Source of the DNA: Candidatus Zixiibacteriota bacterium
GTDB lineage: Bacteria > Zixibacteria > MSB-5A5 > UBA10806 > 4484-95
DNA length: 64,000 bases
Direction: 5' to 3'
Assembly (NCBI GenBank): GCA_037441845.1
Contig: JBBIRK010000007.1
Location: 98,575-162,574 of the forward strand
Shown here: one piece after another, positions 57,806 to 64,000 of the stretch
Numbering within the stretch: position 1 is the stretch's first letter
Layout of the letters: each line of letters begins with the position of its first letter
Notes under the pieces: generated by a model
The model's database searches: none
Seen by the model: only the letters and a program-made list of their open reading frames with translations
What the model was told of the DNA's origin: nothing
Program-made: the position numbers and the translations under genes

Positions 57806-57833
57806 TTGTCATCATTCAAATGGACCGTATAAT
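57806..57833 (+). promoter_or_regulatory. Putative sigma-70 promoter of the rlmI-like gene
   Basis: TTGTCA-N16-TATAAT, 20 nt before the ATG. Confidence 0.6.
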
Positions 57834-57853
57834 ATGATTCGACGGGTGTCATT

Positions 57854-59047
57854 ATGACCGAATCGGCTGTCATCAAATTGAAAAAAGGGCGAGATCGCAC
57901 AGTGCGATTTCACCATCCCTGGATTTTCTCCGGCGCCATCGCTTCAATCGAGGGGAAAACGCAAGCGGGCGATATAGTTAGGGTGGTTGATTCAAACGGC
58001 GATTTCGTCGGGCAAGGTTATTACAATCCACTATCCCAAATTGCGGTGCGCCTCCTCGAATTCGACGAGACCGCAAAAATCGATGCTGCATGGTGGGATG
58101 CCCGGATCGCCGAATCGATCTCTCGGCGGAGAAACATAATTTCCCCGAAAACCGACTCTTGCCGCCTGATCTTTGGCGAGTCTGATTTCCTACCAGGATT
58201 AGTGGTTGACCTATATTGCAGCTTTTTGATAGTGCAGTTTGTCACCGCCGGAACGGAAAGATTCAAAAAAGAAATCGTCGATTCTTTAACCGCCCGGTTA
58301 AAAGTGGAGGGCGTTTTCGAGCGGGCGGATATCCCGGCGCGGAAAAAAGAGGGATTGCCTCAACAATCCCAACTCCTTTTTGGAAAATCACCGCCTTCCA
58401 GAATGATCATAAGAGAAAATGGATTGTCATATGAGGTTGATTTAATCGGCGGTCAGAAAACGGGCTGGTATTTCGATCAACGCGATAACCGCTTGGCGGT
58501 GGCCGACTTGGCAGCCGATAGCCGGGTGCTCGATTGTTTCAGCTACACCGGCGGCTTCTCGATTACCGCCCTTTCGCATGGGGCGGTGCATAGTACCTTG
58601 GTAGAGTCTTCGGGCTCCTTTCTGGACCAGGCCCACTGCAACCTACGGCTCAACCATTTGCCTGAAAGCTCCGCTGAACTGATCAACGCCGACGCTTTCA
58701 ATTATTTAAGGAAGCTGCGGGACGAAAACCGCCTTTTCGATCTGGTGATACTCGATCCGCCGAAATTCGCCCCCTCCAAGAGCAATCTCGAAAAAGCAAT
58801 AAACGGTTACAAGGATATCAATCTGCTCGGGTTGAAACTGGTGAATCCCGGCGGATATCTAGCCACTTTCTCCTGTTCGGGAGCGGTTGATTGGCGATTA
58901 TTCCGCACGGCCGTGGGCTGGGCGGCCGCCGATTCGAATCGCAAGGTTCAGATAATTAAACAGATGCACCAAGCCCCGGATCACCCGGTGCTTTTTTCTT
59001 TTCCCCAATCCGAATATCTCAAAGGTTTTCTCTGTCGGGTGGAATAG
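57854..59047 (+). CDS. rlmI: RlmI-family 23S rRNA m5C methyltransferase (PUA + SAM domain)
   Basis: HPWIFSG, GESDFLPGL, GQKTGWYFDQRDNR, FSYTGGF, LDPPKF, TFSCS and DHP…EYLKG. Confidence 0.85.
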   Translation: MTESAVIKLKKGRDRTVRFHHPWIFSGAIASIEGKTQAGDIVRVVDSNGDFVGQGYYNPLSQIAVRLLEFDETAKIDAAWWDARIAESISRRRNIISPKTDSCRLIFGESDFLPGLVVDLYCSFLIVQFVTAGTERFKKEIVDSLTARLKVEGVFERADIPARKKEGLPQQSQLLFGKSPPSRMIIRENGLSYEVDLIGGQKTGWYFDQRDNRLAVADLAADSRVLDCFSYTGGFSITALSHGAVHSTLVESSGSFLDQAHCNLRLNHLPESSAELINADAFNYLRKLRDENRLFDLVILDPPKFAPSKSNLEKAINGYKDINLLGLKLVNPGGYLATFSCSGAVDWRLFRTAVGWAAADSNRKVQIIKQMHQAPDHPVLFSFPQSEYLKGFLCRVE

Positions 59048-59150
59048 GTCGGCCGCGTCATTGGAATTTCCGGAATCGTCATATCAGGAACCGCTGGCGT
59101 CTCCGGCTGGTTTGCACGATTACATAGCGAATTCAAACCATGAGGGTATT

Positions 59151-59522
59151 ATGTCCACGAGACCATTCATTGCGAAATCGAGTCTATGCATTCTGGCGGT
59201 TCTCGCCGTCGTTTTTGCGGCCGGATGCGGCAAGAAATCGACGAACTCAAGCGGCGGAGGAGCCGTCGTCCCACCGAATTCGGTTTTCATCTCCGGTTTC
59301 GCCTACAATCCGACATCGAGGACGGTGGCGGTCGGAACGACTGTCACTTGGCGCAATGACGATGGTGCGCCGCACACCGTGACCTCGGATAGCGGGAACG
59401 AGTTGGCGAGCCCGACGTTGAACCGCGGGCAAAGCTATTCACACACATTCAACAGCGCCGGCGTATTCACTTATCATTGCACTTTTCATCCGTCGATGCA
59501 TGGATCGGTCACGGTCCAGTAA
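59151..59522 (+). CDS. Cupredoxin (plastocyanin/amicyanin-like blue copper) lipoprotein
   Basis: Lipobox AAGC; type-1 Cu ligands His (PHTVT) and C-x2-H-x2-M (YHCTFHPSM). Start at MSTRP with SD GAGG. Confidence 0.9.
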   Translation: MSTRPFIAKSSLCILAVLAVVFAAGCGKKSTNSSGGGAVVPPNSVFISGFAYNPTSRTVAVGTTVTWRNDDGAPHTVTSDSGNELASPTLNRGQSYSHTFNSAGVFTYHCTFHPSMHGSVTVQ

Positions 59523-59719
59523 TCTTCGCTTTTATGGATCAGCCGGGGCCGACTGGGCGGTCGACTGATTTATAACAGGCGGGCGCAACTTTTCAAAATG
59601 CAACAGCCGGCACCGGCTCAAGTCTATTTTTTTTATCTGCCGGACTTCACATCGTTTGCCCATTGCCGAATAATTCCATGGGGATAACTTTCCCATAACG
59701 GTTTCGCACCTTTGTAAAG

Positions 59720-62194
59720 GTGTATAAGATGATAGATCATGGACTTCAATCTCTGATAAAGCCGCTTTCATCGGACTCGACCCCGCCCAGCGATCGAAAC
59801 GAATCTCGCGCAAGCTATATGGCTGCATTCGATGAAATAAACGATGCCGTTTTCGTGCACGATATGAACAGCGGCGCCATTCTGAACGTGAATCGCTGTT
59901 TTTGCGCCATGTACGGCTATACCGCGGAAGAGGCTAAAAAAATGACGGTCGCTCAGTTGACCGCCAATCTCCCTTCCTACAATGATGAAAACGCCCTTAA
60001 ACTGATTAGAGCGGCCGCGGCCGGCAGTCCTCAACTATTCGAATGGCCGGCCAAAGATAAAAGCGGCAGGCCATTCTGGGTTGAGGTCAACCTTCGCCGG
60101 GCTCATCTCGACGGCGCCGATGTTCTTCTTGCCTTAGTGCGCAACATAGATCAGCGCAAGCGTTTGGAATCGGTGCAGAAAGCGCATTTACGGATATTGG
60201 AAGCCGCATTGAAATCCGAAGACATGGAAAAGATGTTGAATGTCGTACAATCCGCCATTTCTTCTTTAATGGATGCCCCCAACTTTATCGTGGCGCTATA
60301 CGATCACCGAACCGGCGCAGTATCATTTCCTGTTTTGATGGATTCGGTAATTGGGACGGATTTTCAGGCTCACCGATTGATAAAAACCTTGACGGACAAG
60401 GTGAAGTGTGCCGGGGTGCCGTTGGCTTTCGATCGTCGGGAATTATATTTGATGGCCGATACCGGGGAATCCGATTCAGCGCCACCGGTGCCATACAAGT
60501 GGTTGGGGATCCCCTTGCGATCCGACGAGGGGGTGTTCGGCGTTGCCGCAGTTTATGATTACACGGAAAATCAGCCCTATCGCCCGGAGGATTTGCAACT
60601 GGCTGAAGCGCTGTCACCCCACATAGTCGCGGCGATTATGTACAGAATGGCCGAGGATGACTTGCGCGAATCGGAAAGGAAAAACCGGAGTCTTATAGAT
60701 GCGATACCCGATGGCTTGGTAGTGGTTGATTCTGATCTCAAAATCATTTACGCAAATCCCGCCGCTTGTGAAATTGGCGGCTACACGCACGACGAGTTGC
60801 TGAAACTGGACCTGCCGCAGATCATCGTCGAAGAAGACCGCGCCTTGTTTTTCGCTCAGGTAAATGCACGAAAAGGAAAAGCGGTCGGCAAATATGAAAT
60901 GGCCATTAGGCGTAAAGACGGCAAGGTTCGCAATCTGTTGGTATCGGCCGCTCCGGTCATCGGTCATGACGGCGATGTGACGGGATCGATGGGGGTTTTC
61001 AGGGATATCACCGAGCAGAAAAAGGCGGAAAAGGACAAACAAGAGTTGCGCGAGCGGTTGGCGCGGGCGCAAAGAATGGAATCGCTCGGGATGCTGGCCA
61101 GCGGTGTCGCCCACGACTTGAATAATATTTTAGGACCCCTGACCGCATATCCCGATATAATAAGAACCCAGATTTCCGCCGACAGTCCGGCATTGACCCA
61201 TCTTGACAAGATGGAATCCTCGGCGCAGAAAGCGGCTCAGGCGGTACAAGATCTACTCACCATGGCCAGGCGCGATCGTTATGAAATGACCACGCTCGAT
61301 TTTAACTCGATCGTCCGCAACTGGGTTGAATGTCCCGAACTACGGCAGCTGCAGAAAAAACATCAGGCCGTATCCACCGAAATAAATCTCGCCGATGGCC
61401 GGCTGATGGTCAGAGGCTCAATGTTTCACCTTACGAAACTGGTGACGAATCTCGTCATAAATGCTTTCGATGCCATGACCACCGGCGGTATCTTGAGAAT
61501 ATCCACCCGCTCGAGCAAAGTCGATAAACTTCTGGGCGGTTTCGACGGTATCGAAAAAGGAGAATACGCAATACTGACGGTTTCGGATACCGGAATCGGA
61601 ATCGAACCAAACGACCTGAAACGAATTTTCGAACCATTCTACAGCAAAAAGCAATTGGGTCGAAGCGGCAGCGGTCTCGGCCTTTCGATTGTTTACGGCA
61701 TAGTCAAAGATCATAACGGCTATATCGATGTCGCCAGCTCGGTCAACAGCGGCACCGAATTCGTAGTTTATTTACCGCTGGTCGAGGATGGTCAGGCCGG
61801 CGAGTCGAAACAGATAGATATCCGCGGCTGCGAGAAAATTCTGGTGGTGGATGATCTCGAGGAGCAAAGAGAACTGGCCTCGATAATCCTGGGTTCGCTC
61901 GGATACAATGTCAGTGTAGCCTCCAGCGGCGAAGAGTCGATCGAGCTTTTGCGTGCCGGCGATTTCGACGTCGTCGTGCTCGACATGATAATGGAAGGTG
62001 GCATGGACGGACTCGATACTTATTTGGAAATCCTGAAAATCAAACCGGACACGAAGGTCATTATAGCAAGCGGCTATTCGGAATCGGAAAGGGTGATCGA
62101 GGCGGAGAAAAGAGGCGTGCGCGCCTATTTGAAAAAACCCTACACCATGCAGCAGCTCGGCAAAACCATACGCAACGTCATTGCGATGGCTTGA
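59720..62194 (+). CDS. Cytoplasmic hybrid sensor histidine kinase (PAS-GAF-PAS-HisKA-HATPase-receiver); start uncertain
   Basis: WLGIPL (GAF), VAHDLNN, NLVINA, DTGIG, GSGLGL, receiver DD…DMIM…KP. Confidence 0.92.
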   Translation: MYKMIDHGLQSLIKPLSSDSTPPSDRNESRASYMAAFDEINDAVFVHDMNSGAILNVNRCFCAMYGYTAEEAKKMTVAQLTANLPSYNDENALKLIRAAAAGSPQLFEWPAKDKSGRPFWVEVNLRRAHLDGADVLLALVRNIDQRKRLESVQKAHLRILEAALKSEDMEKMLNVVQSAISSLMDAPNFIVALYDHRTGAVSFPVLMDSVIGTDFQAHRLIKTLTDKVKCAGVPLAFDRRELYLMADTGESDSAPPVPYKWLGIPLRSDEGVFGVAAVYDYTENQPYRPEDLQLAEALSPHIVAAIMYRMAEDDLRESERKNRSLIDAIPDGLVVVDSDLKIIYANPAACEIGGYTHDELLKLDLPQIIVEEDRALFFAQVNARKGKAVGKYEMAIRRKDGKVRNLLVSAAPVIGHDGDVTGSMGVFRDITEQKKAEKDKQELRERLARAQRMESLGMLASGVAHDLNNILGPLTAYPDIIRTQISADSPALTHLDKMESSAQKAAQAVQDLLTMARRDRYEMTTLDFNSIVRNWVECPELRQLQKKHQAVSTEINLADGRLMVRGSMFHLTKLVTNLVINAFDAMTTGGILRISTRSSKVDKLLGGFDGIEKGEYAILTVSDTGIGIEPNDLKRIFEPFYSKKQLGRSGSGLGLSIVYGIVKDHNGYIDVASSVNSGTEFVVYLPLVEDGQAGESKQIDIRGCEKILVVDDLEEQRELASIILGSLGYNVSVASSGEESIELLRAGDFDVVVLDMIMEGGMDGLDTYLEILKIKPDTKVIIASGYSESERVIEAEKRGVRAYLKKPYTMQQLGKTIRNVIAMA

Positions 62195-62265
62195 GATAAA
62201 GAATCCGCAGTATCGACATGTTTATATTGTTTGCTTTCATTTGGCGACAGATCGGATAGGATTGG

Positions 62266-62871
62266 TTACTCGGTGGAGGCGGCCCGACTATATTTCCCCA
62301 TAATGACAGCCTCGGCCAATACATGGCCTCTCATAGCCGCTTCGATATCGCTTTTAAGCGCTCCGGTTTTCAAAGCCAGAGAAGTGCTTAGCGCATAGAG
62401 TCTGAAATAATATCGATGGAACGGTCCCGCCGGCGGACAAGGCCCGCCATAGCCTAACTGCCTGAAATCGTTTATCCCCTCGACGATTTTCCCCGGCTTG
62501 GTCTCTTTGATATTGTTACGAGGCATCGAGAAATCCTCCGGCAACGACCTGACATTCGCCGGAATATTGAAAAGCACCCAATGAACCCAGGTCCCGAGAG
62601 GAGCGTCGGGATCTTCGCATATCAACACTAATGAACGGGTTTCGGCCGGCGGTTTTTCCCACTTCAAAGGGGGCGACACATCGTCGCCGTCACAAGTGTA
62701 TTTCCTGGGAATCGTGTCGCCGTCGGCAAAGGCCGGACTTTTCAGAGAGAACGACTCTTTTCTGGCCGCCTCACGGTCTGTAGACGATTTGGCCTCGTCG
62801 CCGCCGCAACTCAAAGAAAACATCATAAGGGCAATCAATAATGCCGACAGCTTCAAACAATTAAATCGCAC
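62266..62871 (-). CDS. YbhB/YbcL family (PEBP/RKIP-like) lipoprotein
   Basis: YTCDG.DVSPPL, DPDAP, WVHWV, YGGPCPP and HRYYF; lipobox SLSC; GTG start with SD GGAGG. Confidence 0.9.
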   Translation of the reverse strand: MRFNCLKLSALLIALMMFSLSCGGDEAKSSTDREAARKESFSLKSPAFADGDTIPRKYTCDGDDVSPPLKWEKPPAETRSLVLICEDPDAPLGTWVHWVLFNIPANVRSLPEDFSMPRNNIKETKPGKIVEGINDFRQLGYGGPCPPAGPFHRYYFRLYALSTSLALKTGALKSDIEAAMRGHVLAEAVIMGKYSRAASTE

Positions 62872-62957
62872 TTCTTCGCCTCCGCGGAAATATAATTTAA
62901 TTAATGATAACCGAGGATCAAGCAATAATAAAATACGGCGTAAAAGAACTTTTGCCA

Positions 62958-63863
62958 TTATGGGGCGACCGGCCCGGGAACGGAAACGGTGTAAACCGCC
63001 AGAGCGCTTTTGCCCGCCAAAAAAGCCAGGCGACTGTGGGCAGGAGAAGGTATCAATCTAACGGCGGCAAACCGCGCATTCAAACTCGACAGTTCCTTGC
63101 CGTCGAGATCATAAACGGAAACGGTTCCAGTGGTGTCGGCCATGATGAAAACCGAAATCGAGCGCAAGAAACCGAGTCCCGCAACCGGAGATTCGACGCG
63201 AGCGATAGTTTTCGATCCGGAGCCGCCCGAGGGGATTTTTCTCAACCGGCCATCGGCGCATAAGGTCAAAACGCAACGCATATCCGATTCGTCGTTTTCG
63301 GGGAATACCGCACCCAGAACCTCATCCGGGTGTATATACACCTTTTTTCTTTGCTCGGTGATATCGTAAAGATAAAGATTTTTGTCGGCGCAGGATGCCA
63401 TCAGGAATCCGTTGTCGCTCGACCAGCTCAACGACCGAATGTTTTTTTTGGGGCTATGGAGAGTTGCTATATAATTGCCCTCGATATCGAATAATACGAT
63501 CAATCCTTCCTGTTCGGCGGTCGCTATTATGGGGACCTGGGGCGAAAATGCCACTAATTCCGGAGGAGAATCGAAACGATCGAAAACCGATTCCAGCCCT
63601 CCGGTCGGCCGCCATATCCGGACGGTCCCATCGGCGGAAGAAGAAGCCAGAAATCTGCCATCGGAACTAAAATCGATGGCGCGGATCGGTCCAACGTGCC
63701 CTTTAAGCTCAAGGAAGACCTTTCCCGTTAAATCGCAAAGGCTGACCACCGATGGTTGCGAGGCCTTGGCCATGGCCATGAATTGGCAATCCGGGCTGAC
63801 GCCTATCTGAAGGCAATCGGCGGAAAAATCTTCGATGTATCGATTCAACTCGAGCGCCGGCAT
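62958..63863 (-). CDS. WD40-repeat beta-propeller protein
   Basis: LKGHVGPIRAIDFSSDGRFLASSSADGTVRIW followed by further degenerate WD blades. Confidence 0.85.
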   Translation of the reverse strand: MPALELNRYIEDFSADCLQIGVSPDCQFMAMAKASQPSVVSLCDLTGKVFLELKGHVGPIRAIDFSSDGRFLASSSADGTVRIWRPTGGLESVFDRFDSPPELVAFSPQVPIIATAEQEGLIVLFDIEGNYIATLHSPKKNIRSLSWSSDNGFLMASCADKNLYLYDITEQRKKVYIHPDEVLGAVFPENDESDMRCVLTLCADGRLRKIPSGGSGSKTIARVESPVAGLGFLRSISVFIMADTTGTVSVYDLDGKELSSLNARFAAVRLIPSPAHSRLAFLAGKSALAVYTVSVPGPVAP

Positions 63864-64000
63864 AAGTTGCTCTTTCCATTAGCCTTTCGGCAGTTTTATG
63901 GGGCACTTTACAGCCCTTTGCAAGGTTGTTTAACATTCGCCGCCTTATGGAATCGGTGGAAAATTCACAAAAAGAGTCGAATAATGCTGTTGCGACCGAT

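Noticed and set aside
1..64000. CRISPR arrays, tRNA/rRNA, transposases, integrases, prophage or defence genes
   Set aside because: No regular direct-repeat arrays, cloverleaf or rRNA signatures, or mobile-element motifs were seen by eye; a covariance-model scan was not possible.

Overview
64 kb of bacterial chromosome from a diderm, meso-DAP-type organism. The lnt gene, lipoproteins, Tat substrates and many secreted proteins ending in a 'YPNPFN...GxY...KxxLxK' FlgD-Ig/T9SS-type C-terminal domain suggest an FCB-superphylum lineage such as Zixibacteria or relatives (inference only). Layout: (1) 1-13.5 kb, a minus-strand dcw cluster (mraZ-rsmH-ftsL-ftsI-murE-murF-mraY-murD-ftsW-murG-murC-ftsQ-ftsA') lacking murB and ddl. 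(2) A divergent gingipain-like C25 protease behind a sigma-54-like promoter. (3) A ~13 kb tightly coupled minus-strand operon: HD protein-purM-gpmI-lnt-porZ-like-FemAB/GNAT-CE4-like deacetylase-GT4-GT2-43-aa membrane peptide-GT-C. (4) priA, TPR lipoprotein, DUF4139-like protein, methyltransferase and valS. (5) A Tat-exported DUF362 plus polyferredoxin redox pair, two paralogous PAS hybrid kinases, nnr, secreted peptidases and beta-propeller proteins, GH57, rlmI-like, cupredoxin, YbhB and WD40. The most notable observation is that a porZ-like gene is directly followed by GNAT/FemAB-deacetylase-GT4. This family order matches Porphyromonas vimA-vimE-vimF, which build the linking sugar for T9SS cargo, and suggests a self-contained cargo-anchoring glycan locus in an apparently non-Bacteroidota host. 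Also seen: a probable AUU start codon for lnt, an anomalous rsmH start, an unannotated small membrane ORF and probable leaderless genes. No rRNA, tRNA, CRISPR array or mobile element was recognised. All family assignments come from motif recognition by eye, not database searches.
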